Source: an uncultured Acidobacteriota bacterium (GTDB taxonomy: Bacteria > Acidobacteriota > Thermoanaerobaculia > Multivoradales > UBA5704). From it: 64,000 nucleotides of DNA. Below the pieces are notes generated by a model. It was not told where the DNA came from and did no database searches. It saw nothing but the letters and a program-made list of their open reading frames with translations. The stretch covers positions 4,608,001-4,672,000 of the forward strand of contig CAVYRF010000002.1 in the NCBI GenBank assembly GCA_963770895.1. Reading direction: 5' to 3'. The translations under genes were made by a program, and so were the position numbers. This document shows, piece after piece, positions 56,002-64,000 of the stretch. How positions within the stretch are numbered: the stretch's first letter is position 1; each line of letters opens with the position of its first letter.

Positions 56002-59000
56002 GCCGGCCGGCGCGCGCAGACGAGGAGGACCGATGGGGACCCCGAGGCGAAGGCGCAGGCTGGCTCTGCTCGGCTTGACGTCGCTGCTCTGGCTTGGCGC
56101 CGGCGCGGCTGGCGCCAGGGCGCAGACCGCCTCCCTGGTCGTGGACCTGAGCCCGGGCGAGGGGGCCAACGAAGGATCCTCTCCGTCCCAGGCGCTCGCC
56201 GCCGGCAACCGGCTGTTCTTCCTGGCGAACCCCGCGTTGGTCGACCAGCGGAGCACCGAGGAGCTGTGGGTGACCGACGGCACCGCCGCCGGCACGCAGC
56301 AGCTGCCCGACCCCTGCACCGACAACTTCTGCGGGAACGGCTCGCAGCTGGTCGCCGCCGTGGGTGGTCTCGCCTTCCTCGCAGAGACGCCACCCGAGGG
56401 TCCGGCGCTGTGGCGGACCGACGGCACCCGGGCGGGGACGTTCCCGCTGCCTGTGGCCGCCAGCGGCCTCGGCCTTGCGACGCTCGGCAGCAACCTCTAC
56501 CTGATCTCCTACGCCGAGAACGGCCCCGTGCAGGTGCAGCTCTGGCGCACCGACGGGACGGTGGCGGGAACCAGCGTGATCGCCAATCTCCAGACCCCCC
56601 AGGCCGGGCTTCCCGCCACGACGCTGCTTGCCGCCGGCGGGAAGCTCTTCTTCCTGCAGCAAGAGCCGTCGAACGGCGGCTTCCTCGACCTCTGGGCAAG
56701 CGATGGCACGGCACAAGGCACGGCCCTGGTCAGCAGCCTCGGCACGACGGAGGTGAGCTCGCTCACCGTGGCCGGGAACCGGCTCTTCTTCGTCGCCTCA
56801 CCGCCGCCCAGCTACTCCACCAGCCAGCTCTGGGTGAGCGACGGCACCAGTGCAGGCACCAGGCTGGTGACGCCACAGACGTTCTCCTCGATGGCATGGC
56901 TCAAGGCGGAGGGCGACCAGCTCTACTTCGAGGCCGACGACGGCACCCACGGACCGCAGATCTGGCGCAGCGATGGCACCGCGGCGGGCACGCAGCAGCT
57001 CACCGCGGTCGCGAGCTCCTTCAACCTCCCCGGCGCCGGTGGGCTCGCGGTAGCCGGCGGCAAGGTGGTGCTGGTCGGCGGCACCGCCCTGGGGAGCTAC
57101 AGCCTGTGGGTGGTCGCGCCGGGGGCGGCCGGCGCGGTCGCCGATCTCTGCCCCGGCGGCGGCTGTGGCTACCTCACCTTCGACTCCACCCTGCTCGAGG
57201 CCGGCAGCCGCGTGCTCTTCGCCATCTCGCCCGGCGAAGCCAGCTTCGACGACTCCTTGTGGGCCACCGACGGCACTCCTGGCGGCACCGTGCCGCTGAT
57301 CGACTGCTCCGGCGGCTGTTTTGCCGGGTCGTCGGGCCCGTTCCTGGCCGGCGGCACGTTGTACTTCACGGTGCAGGAGAGCGACGGCATGATACGGCTC
57401 TGGCGCACCGACGGCACCGCCGGGGGCACCGCGCGGGTTGCCCCGACGCCGCTCGACCCCTTCGCATCGCTGCTGCTCGCCAGCCTTCCGGGCAAAGTGT
57501 TCTTCAGCGCCCCTGGCCAGCCGGGAGACTCTTCCTTCGAAGACGAGCTCTTCGTCAGCGACGGCACGGTGGCCGGCACGCTCCAGCTCACCGCTACCAC
57601 CGATCCCCTGTCGTCCTCGCCGGCAGGCCTGATTGCCGCGGGCAGCGAGCTGTTCTTCACCGCTTCGTCCTCCCTCAACCCGGCGACGTTCTGGCGCAGC
57701 GCCGGAACCGCCGCCAGCACCATGCCGGCGGCGGGGTCGCCGGCGCCAGGTACGCCTGCGCCGGTGGCCGCCTTCGGGGGGCTGGTCTACCTGCAGTATT
57801 CCGACGCCTCGTTGCAGCTGTGGCGATCCGACGGCACCGCGGCCGGCACGCTGGCGCTGACCAGTTTCAGCGTGCCCCAGGCGGCGGCGCCGGTCGCACC
57901 GGTGGCCTGCGGCACGGGCGTCTGCTTCGCGGTCGTGACGGTGGGCGGCGGCGGGGCCGTGTGGCGGAGCGACGGCACCCGGCAGGGAACCGGCCAGCTC
58001 TTCACCCTGCCCGTCACGGTGCGCGGAATCGAGCGGCTGGCGGTGCTCGGCAACGACTACTACCTGGAAGTCGACAACCAGTCCGGCGGCATCGACTTCT
58101 GGCACAGCGACGGCACCGCGGGCGGCACCGATCAGCTGACCGACTTTCAGAGCGGGCGCGGGGACCCGAGCGTCGACCCGGGGTTCGTGCGTCTCGGCAG
58201 CCGGGTCTACTTCATCGCCGGCGAAACGCTGTGGCAGACCGACGGCACGCGGGCCGGCACGGTCCAGTTCCAGTTCGGCGACAACGTCTTCATCGACGTG
58301 TCCCAGCTGGTGGGCGCCGGCGGGGCGCTGTACCTCTTCGCCGACGAAGGGGTGATCAACTTCGGTCTCTGGCGCACCGACGGCACCGCCGCGGGCACGT
58401 CGTTGCTCCACCCCTTCCAGGGAGGTTCCAACGTGGGGGCCCACACCGGCGGGCTGACGCCTTTCGGCAACGGCTTCGCCTTCTACGGCGACGACGGCGT
58501 TCACGGTTCCGAGCTATGGTTCACCGACGGCACGCCGGGCGGCACCCGGATGGTCAGCGACATCCAGCCGGGCAGCCTGGGCTCGAATCCCACCGGCCTG
58601 GTGGTGGCCGGCGGGCAGCTGTACTTCGCTGCCGACGACGGCACCCACGGCAACGAGCTGTGGCAGAGCGACGGCACCGCCGCGGGCACCCGCCTGGCGC
58701 AGGACATCAACCCCGGCCCCAACTCCTCGAACCCGTCGGGAATGACCGTGGCGGGCGGCCTGCTGTTCTGGAGCGCCGACGACGGCCTCACCGGCCAGGA
58801 GCTGTGGGCGCTGCCGCTTGCCGGTGCTGCGCGGTGCGCGCCGTCGGCGACGGCCCTCTGCCTGGCCGCCAACCGCTTCAAGGTCGAGGCGTTCTGGCGC
58901 GACTTCCAGGGCAACAGCGGCGCCGGCCAGGCCAAGCCGTTGACCGGCGACACCGGCACCTTCTGGTTCTTCAGCCCGGACAATGTCGAGGTGGTCGTCA

Positions 59001-59695
59001 AGGTCCTGGACGGCAGGGCGATCGACGGCGACTTCTGGGTGTTCTACGGCGCGCTCTCGAACGTCGAGTACTCGATCACCGTCACCGACACCGCGACCGG
59101 CCTGACCAAGCGCTACCTCAACCCCCTGGGCGAGCTGGCGAGCGTCGGCGACACCACCGCCTTCGGCCCCACGGGAGCCACCGCGATCGGCGGGACGCCG
59201 GCAGGGACGGCGGCCACGCCGGCGCAGCAGGCGGCCGGGCTGGCCGGCACGTCCGGGCAAGCGCCTGCGAGCGCGACCAACACCGTGACCGCCGCGAGGT
59301 CCGCCACGCCCGCGCCCGAGGCGCCCGAGGTGTCCGAGGCGGCTGCGGCGGCCGGCGGCGGCTGCCAACCGGGGCCGCTGCAGCTGTGCTTGAACGGCGG
59401 CCGCTTCGCGGTGAGGGCGCGCTGGACGGACTTCAGCGGCAACAGCGGCGTCGGCACCGCGGTCGGGCTGAGCGGCGAGACCGGATATTTCTGGTTCTTC
59501 AGCGCCGGCAATGTCGAGACGGTGTTGAAGGTGATCGACGGGCGCAGCGTGAACGGCCACTTCTGGGTGTTCTACGGCGCGCTGTCGGACGTGCAGTACA
59601 CGCTGATCGTCACCGACACCGTGACCGGCTTGAAGAAGACCTACACCAATCCGGCCGGCCAGTTCGCCAGCGTCGCCGACACGGCCGCGTTCTGA
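55081..59695 (+). repeat. ~0.9-kb near-identical direct repeat (55081-56001 vs 58760-59695)
   Basis: The 3' ends of the two ELWxxDGT genes match almost base for base, including much of the low-complexity linker. Confidence 0.85.
56033..59695 (+). CDS. Secreted ELWxxDGT-repeat protein, tandem paralog
   Basis: RBS GAGGAGG; same architecture as the upstream gene. Confidence 0.9.
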   Translation: MGTPRRRRRLALLGLTSLLWLGAGAAGARAQTASLVVDLSPGEGANEGSSPSQALAAGNRLFFLANPALVDQRSTEELWVTDGTAAGTQQLPDPCTDNFCGNGSQLVAAVGGLAFLAETPPEGPALWRTDGTRAGTFPLPVAASGLGLATLGSNLYLISYAENGPVQVQLWRTDGTVAGTSVIANLQTPQAGLPATTLLAAGGKLFFLQQEPSNGGFLDLWASDGTAQGTALVSSLGTTEVSSLTVAGNRLFFVASPPPSYSTSQLWVSDGTSAGTRLVTPQTFSSMAWLKAEGDQLYFEADDGTHGPQIWRSDGTAAGTQQLTAVASSFNLPGAGGLAVAGGKVVLVGGTALGSYSLWVVAPGAAGAVADLCPGGGCGYLTFDSTLLEAGSRVLFAISPGEASFDDSLWATDGTPGGTVPLIDCSGGCFAGSSGPFLAGGTLYFTVQESDGMIRLWRTDGTAGGTARVAPTPLDPFASLLLASLPGKVFFSAPGQPGDSSFEDELFVSDGTVAGTLQLTATTDPLSSSPAGLIAAGSELFFTASSSLNPATFWRSAGTAASTMPAAGSPAPGTPAPVAAFGGLVYLQYSDASLQLWRSDGTAAGTLALTSFSVPQAAAPVAPVACGTGVCFAVVTVGGGGAVWRSDGTRQGTGQLFTLPVTVRGIERLAVLGNDYYLEVDNQSGGIDFWHSDGTAGGTDQLTDFQSGRGDPSVDPGFVRLGSRVYFIAGETLWQTDGTRAGTVQFQFGDNVFIDVSQLVGAGGALYLFADEGVINFGLWRTDGTAAGTSLLHPFQGGSNVGAHTGGLTPFGNGFAFYGDDGVHGSELWFTDGTPGGTRMVSDIQPGSLGSNPTGLVVAGGQLYFAADDGTHGNELWQSDGTAAGTRLAQDINPGPNSSNPSGMTVAGGLLFWSADDGLTGQELWALPLAGAARCAPSATALCLAANRFKVEAFWRDFQGNSGAGQAKPLTGDTGTFWFFSPDNVEVVVKVLDGRAIDGDFWVFYGALSNVEYSITVTDTATGLTKRYLNPLGELASVGDTTAFGPTGATAIGGTPAGTAATPAQQAAGLAGTSGQAPASATNTVTAARSATPAPEAPEVSEAAAAAGGGCQPGPLQLCLNGGRFAVRARWTDFSGNSGVGTAVGLSGETGYFWFFSAGNVETVLKVIDGRSVNGHFWVFYGALSDVQYTLIVTDTVTGLKKTYTNPAGQFASVADTAAF

Positions 59696-59876
59696 CGCCG
59701 CACCCGGCGTCGGTCTGGGGCGTGACCTCGGCGGCGGGGGCCTGTGCGCCAGGAATAATCGAAGAAGAAGCTGATTGCGCTGGAGGCCGCGGTGGCCATG
59801 CGGCGGGTAGGGGAAGGATTGCTACGGCCGCCGTGGAGCCACGGCGGCCGAGGTAGAGCGGACCGCGGGGCTACGG

Positions 59877-60224
59877 CTACTTGCTGCCTTTGGCTGGCGG
59901 GGCGGTGGCGGCGGTGATCTGGTCGACGGCGATCTTGTCGCCGGTGACGGTGCCGGTCACGGTGACTTCGTCGCCGGTGAACTTCTTGGCCAGGTCCTGG
60001 CGGTCGAGGTGGTAGATCTTCTTGTCGGCGCTGTTGAGCAGGACCAGGGGGCTGCCCTTTTCGGCGCACTTGATGGCGCAGTTCTTGTGGTCGGCGCTGT
60101 GCCCCTTGACGCCGCACGCTTCGTCGGTGATCCAGCCGCTCCAGCTGGCGGCCGACGCGACTGCGGGAAGGGCCAGCAGGCAGAGTACAGCCAGACACGC
60201 CATCGCCGCGATCGATCTCTTCAT
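59877..60224 (-). CDS. Small secreted Cys-containing protein (possible OB-fold)
   Basis: RBS GGAGGT; signal peptide; WSGWITDEACG...H.NCA.KC...G; VTVTGTV.GD.I.V. Confidence 0.8.
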   Translation of the reverse strand: MKRSIAAMACLAVLCLLALPAVASAASWSGWITDEACGVKGHSADHKNCAIKCAEKGSPLVLLNSADKKIYHLDRQDLAKKFTGDEVTVTGTVTGDKIAVDQITAATAPPAKGSK

Positions 60225-60361
60225 GGCAACCTCCAGACGCTAAGAGTGGGTGGTGGTGCTAGGTTCAAGTCGGTACGGAAAGTTGAGTTTAGTCTATCAT
60301 GGCGAGCGCCTGACCGGCCGTGGCGCACGGCTGGGCGGGCCGCCGCCACCGACCCCTCCCG

Positions 60362-61186
60362 ATGCCCAACTACCGCCTCACCCTTGAATACGAGGGCACG
60401 CGCTATCACGGATGGCAGGAGCAGCAGAACGCGCGCTCGATCGCCGGCGAGCTGCGGCGGGCGCTGCAGGAGGCGCTGGGCGAGGGCAATGCGCTCAAGG
60501 AGCTGGGGGGAGCGGGGCGCACCGACGCCGGCGTCCACGCCCTGGCTCAGACGGCCCACCTGCGCCTGGCGCGGGCTGTCGATCCGGCGGCGCTGCGGCG
60601 CCAGGTCAACGACCTGCTGCCCGCCGACGTCCACGTGTTGGGCCTGTTGCCGGCTGCCGCCGACTTTCATGCGCGCCATTCGGCGCTTGCCCGCTCCTAC
60701 GTCTACCAGGTTTCGCGCCGGCGCACGGCGCTGGCCAAGCGCTTTGTCTGGTGGGTGAAGCGGCCGCTGGACCCAAGCCGCATGGCGGCTGCCGCGGCGC
60801 TGCTGCCGGGCCGCCACGATTTCCAGCTTTTCTGCGAGCGCCCCGCCGATCAGCCGAGCACCATCGTGGTGGTGGAGCGGGCCGAGGTGGTGGAGGCCGG
60901 CTCGCTCATCCTGGTCCGCCTGGTGGCCTCCCACTTCCTGTGGAAGATGGTCCGCCGCGTCACCGGCGCGCTGGTCCGCGTCGGCACCGGCGAGCTGCCG
61001 GCAGGCGATTTCGCCGCCCTGCTCGCGGGTGGTGGTGGTGGTGGTGGCAGGTCGGCCGGACTGCGGCCGGCCGAGTGGACGGCGCCGCCTTCGGGGCTGT
61101 TTCTGGAGCGGGTGCTGTATCCGGGCGATCCGCCGCTGCCTGGGCTGGCCGCAACCCCGCCTGCCGCACCCGTCCTGAGCGAGTAG
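60362..61186 (+). CDS. truA: tRNA pseudouridine(38-40) synthase
   Basis: LEYEGTRYHGWQ, AGRTDAGVHA, FHAR.SA..R.Y.Y, G.HDF..F, FLWKMVR, APPSGLFL. Confidence 0.93.
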   Translation: MPNYRLTLEYEGTRYHGWQEQQNARSIAGELRRALQEALGEGNALKELGGAGRTDAGVHALAQTAHLRLARAVDPAALRRQVNDLLPADVHVLGLLPAAADFHARHSALARSYVYQVSRRRTALAKRFVWWVKRPLDPSRMAAAAALLPGRHDFQLFCERPADQPSTIVVVERAEVVEAGSLILVRLVASHFLWKMVRRVTGALVRVGTGELPAGDFAALLAGGGGGGGRSAGLRPAEWTAPPSGLFLERVLYPGDPPLPGLAATPPAAPVLSE

Positions 61187-61194
61187 GCGTCCCC

Positions 61195-61238
61195 AAAAAA
61201 ACAACCGCCCCCTCCCGCCGAAGGGCGGGAGGGGGCGG
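61195..61238 (-). terminator. Rho-independent terminator of the S53 gene (possibly bidirectional)
   Basis: 15-bp GC stem (61205-61219 / 61224-61238) with a 4-nt loop, followed on the minus strand by TTGTTTTTTT. Confidence 0.85.
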
Positions 61239-61263
61239 GGGAAGAGGGTCGGCTGCCGGTGGC

Positions 61264-64000
61264 CTACTGGCAGTCGGTGACGGTCACATCGTCCAGGAAC
61301 CAGCCGGTGCTCACGTTCGAGCAGTCGGTGATCGTGGTGAAGCCGATGTAGAGCGTCTTGCCGGCGCAACCGGCGCTGCCGCCGGAGATCGCGTTGCAGA
61401 CCGTGTCGAGGTTGACCACGGTGTTGACGAACGAGCTCTGCGAGCCGGTGAACACCGTCGTTCCGGCGGCTCCGGCCGGCGGGCACGCGGCGTTGATGGT
61501 GCCGTTGTAGGACGAGCCCGAGATGATGGCCGAGGCCGGCACCAGAGTGTAGTTGGTGCCGTCGACCGACACGGCGACGGTGCCGCCGTCGTAGCCGGTT
61601 TCGAAGCCGTAGTGGTGCCAGAACGACAGCCGCGTGGTGCCGCCGGTCGAAGCGACCGCGATGCCCGTCGCGCCCTTGGGCTGCGCGAAGGAGAAGCGGT
61701 TGTTGCCGTAGTCGGCGGTGCAGGTGGTGCCGCCGAAGCGGAAGATGTGGGTGCCGTCGTGGGCGGTACAGGCCTGGATGCCGCGCCAGTCGACCGTGCT
61801 GCCGCCGGAGACGAAGATTCCGGTGGTCCAGTCGGACAGGCCCGAGCCGGTCTCGAAGTTATTGGTGTAGAGCGTCGTGTTGGTGCAGCTGGAGCAGGCC
61901 GAGGTGGTGGTCGAGGCCTGGCTGGAGTTGCCCGACGAGCAGCTGCCGTTGCTGGCGGTCACGACGTAGTAGTAGGTCGTGTTGCAGGACAGGCCGGTGT
62001 CGGCGAACGACGTGGTGGTGGAGGTGCCGACGGACGTGTACGGCCCGCCGTTGGTGGTCGAGCGCAGGATCGTGTAGGAGGTGGCGCCGCTGGACGCGGT
62101 CCACGACACGGTGGCGGTCGTCTGGCCGGTCGCCGTGGCGCCGACGCCGGTCGGTGCCGCCGGCGGCGTGCAGGTGGAAGAGGTCACGGTCAGGGTGACC
62201 GTGGTGTTGTGGGTGGTGCCGCCGCCGGTGCCGGTGATGGTGATCGTGTAGTTGCCGGTGACGGTGGTCGACGCGACGGTGAACGTCGCCGTCGAGGTGC
62301 CCGAACCCGGAGCGGCGATCGGGTTGGGGCTGAAGCCGACGGTCACGCCGGTGGGCTGGCCGGCGGCCGACAGCGTGATGGCGTTGTTGAAGCCGCCCGA
62401 CACCGTGGTGGTGACCGTCGAGTGGCCCGAGCTGCCCTGCACCACCGAAACCGACGTCGGCGACGCCGAAATGGTGAAGTTCGGGCTGGCGGTGCCGCCC
62501 CAGTTGTTGATCAGCACGGTGCCGTCGACCGAGCCGACGCCGGTGCACAGGTCGTAGCCGGTGCCGGCGCTGTAGCCGGTGACGCCCGGCACGCTGTTGT
62601 TGCCGCTGGTGATGTCGTGGAACACCGCGGTGCCGCCGCTGCCGTACTGCGCGGTCGCCAGCGGGTAGAGGACGGTGTTGGCGTTGCCCTGGCGGGCGCC
62701 GGTCTTCTGGTTGATCAGGGTCATGATGCCGGCGAACGACGGCGACGCCGCCGAGGTGCCGCCCACCGCCGCAAGGCCGGTGGTGCCGGTGGTGTGGCCC
62801 TGGATGATCAGGTAGCCGTCGTGGCCCGCGGCGGACAGGGAGATGTCAGGGATGTCGCGCACGCCGTCGGCCGGGACGCCCGGCGCCGACTGCCAGGAGG
62901 GCTTGGTGTAGGTCGAGCTCTTGCCGCCGCCGGTCGACCACAGGTCCGAGCCGCCGGAGACGGTGCCGGACTCGTTCCACACCACTTCCGGGATGTAGGA
63001 CAGCGCCGAAGCCTGGGTGGTGGCATTGTTGGTCGAGGACCAGTAGGTGCTGGGGTTGGCGGTGTCGTTGAACTCGGTGCCGCCGACGCAGACGTTGAAG
63101 GGCGTCGAGCAGAGGCCCGAAACCGCCAGGCCGGTGCCGGTGGTGTCGCCGCCCGCGTCGCAGCCCGAAGCGCCGGCGTCGCCGGCCGACACGTTGGAGG
63201 TGATGCCCTCGGTCGCGGCCTGCGACCACAGGCTGTTGTAGAACGACAGCTCGGTCGAGCCCATGTCCGCTTCGCAGCTGCCGAAGCTGGTGCTCATGAC
63301 CGGCGCCACGTTGTTGTCGACGATGTACTGCGCCGAAAGGTCGACGCCGTCGGTGGTGGTCGTGGACTTCGAGATGACCATGTCGACCGTGGCGCCCTTG
63401 GCCACCGCGCCCGACCATTCGACGTCCAGGTCGGCTTCGGTCTCTTCGCCGCCGCCCAGGTCGCCCGGGTCGGTGCCGTTGTGGATGAAGGTGGGGGTGT
63501 TGGCCGGCAGGCCGAACAGGCTGCGGAAGTAGGTCACGTCAGCGGTGGCGATGTCGGTGCGCGCGACGATGGCGACCGCTTCGCCGGTGCCGGTGGTGCC
63601 GGCCGTATAGGCGGTGTTCAGGTCGTAGATCGTTGCGAAGTCGGCCGGGGCCAGGTAGTGGCTGGTGCCGGTGGTGTAGTCCGGGTCGACCTGCTTGACG
63701 CCGTAGTGCAGCGCCTTGCGCGGGAAGCTGTGCAGGGTGACGATGCCGTTGACCAGGCTGGCGATGGCGCGCGGCACGGACGGGTCGATGGTGTTGGCGT
63801 GACGGACGACGCCATCCACCTTGAAGTCGTGGATTTCAGTGCCGAAGGCCTCTTCCACCTGGCCGGCGGTGCCGGAGAAGTTGACCCAGCCGCGGCCGTG
63901 GGCCACTTCGTCGACGGTGAAGCCGTGGCTGGTCAGCCAGTTGACCACGCTCTGCAGGTCGTTGTCGCCGATGCCGAAGCGGGCGCCGAACTGCTCGGGG
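61264..64000 (-). CDS. S53 (sedolisin/kumamolisin) serine peptidase with prodomain, Ig-like, FN3 and C-terminal beta-sandwich domains (5' partial)
   Basis: Prodomain ..FG..D.D...V..WL...G; EADLD, SAGDAG, GGTSAASP, YD..TG.GS; FN3 WTASSGATSY...YYYVV. The frame continues off the right edge. Confidence 0.92.
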   Translation of the reverse strand, partial: PEQFGARFGIGDNDLQSVVNWLTSHGFTVDEVAHGRGWVNFSGTAGQVEEAFGTEIHDFKVDGVVRHANTIDPSVPRAIASLVNGIVTLHSFPRKALHYGVKQVDPDYTTGTSHYLAPADFATIYDLNTAYTAGTTGTGEAVAIVARTDIATADVTYFRSLFGLPANTPTFIHNGTDPGDLGGGEETEADLDVEWSGAVAKGATVDMVISKSTTTTDGVDLSAQYIVDNNVAPVMSTSFGSCEADMGSTELSFYNSLWSQAATEGITSNVSAGDAGASGCDAGGDTTGTGLAVSGLCSTPFNVCVGGTEFNDTANPSTYWSSTNNATTQASALSYIPEVVWNESGTVSGGSDLWSTGGGKSSTYTKPSWQSAPGVPADGVRDIPDISLSAAGHDGYLIIQGHTTGTTGLAAVGGTSAASPSFAGIMTLINQKTGARQGNANTVLYPLATAQYGSGGTAVFHDITSGNNSVPGVTGYSAGTGYDLCTGVGSVDGTVLINNWGGTASPNFTISASPTSVSVVQGSSGHSTVTTTVSGGFNNAITLSAAGQPTGVTVGFSPNPIAAPGSGTSTATFTVASTTVTGNYTITITGTGGGTTHNTTVTLTVTSSTCTPPAAPTGVGATATGQTTATVSWTASSGATSYTILRSTTNGGPYTSVGTSTTTSFADTGLSCNTTYYYVVTASNGSCSSGNSSQASTTTSACSSCTNTTLYTNNFETGSGLSDWTTGIFVSGGSTVDWRGIQACTAHDGTHIFRFGGTTCTADYGNNRFSFAQPKGATGIAVASTGGTTRLSFWHHYGFETGYDGGTVAVSVDGTNYTLVPASAIISGSSYNGTINAACPPAGAAGTTVFTGSQSSFVNTVVNLDTVCNAISGGSAGCAGKTLYIGFTTITDCSNVSTGWFLDDVTVTDCQ

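Noticed and set aside
52600-58700. Regularly recurring ctgtgg...gacggcacc motifs resembling a CRISPR or DNA repeat array
   Set aside because: They encode the ELWxxDGT protein repeats, vary at synonymous sites and are irregularly spaced; no cas genes.
55081-59695. Near-identical repeat pair as a DGR template/variable repeat
   Set aside because: No reverse transcriptase in the window, both copies are coding, and differences are not obviously adenine-specific.
61028-61048. (GGT)n run in truA as a phase-variation tract
   Set aside because: A triplet repeat keeps the frame and only encodes a Gly linker.

Overview
High-GC bacterial window. Gene families and a repeated 'LCLxxxRF...FWFF...NVE...KVLDG' C-terminal domain suggest Acidobacteriota, probably Thermoanaerobaculia (inference). 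Left part: a Rieske oxygenase, a Gly-rich adhesin-like protein with a C25 (gingipain-like) peptidase domain, a divergent four-gene chaperone/usher- or WxL-like surface-fibre operon, and an AlbA_2/RecG-like protein. Centre: a ~22 kb integrated element (12615-34666) bounded by a 16-bp direct repeat. Its reconstructed attP has perfect 14-bp inverted arms around a central TG, as expected for a large serine recombinase. In the excised circle, the putative recombinase C-terminal remnant would read through attP in frame into a double XRE-HTH domain that now sits 22 kb away at the other end. Cargo: two giant Ig-repeat surface proteins, a low-GC Cys-rich tip with a partner gene, a Tat-exported vanadium haloperoxidase, a GNAT, two HxxxCxxC/TPR proteins and an unannotated 31-aa peptide ending in DPNG. 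The element's backbone is decayed: a DUF932-like fragment, an IS3-family IS without target duplication, and a truncated coupling-protein ATPase fused to the recombinase tail. Right part: a beta-propeller protein, a DUF3142/TPR pair split by an REase-NACHT gene and ~104-bp inverted repeats, a PLP decarboxylase, two PilT-family ATPases, an M28 peptidase, two tandem ELWxxDGT proteins with near-identical 3' ends, truA, and an S53 peptidase running off the edge. No rRNA, tRNA or CRISPR array was recognised. All family assignments come from motif recognition, not database searches.
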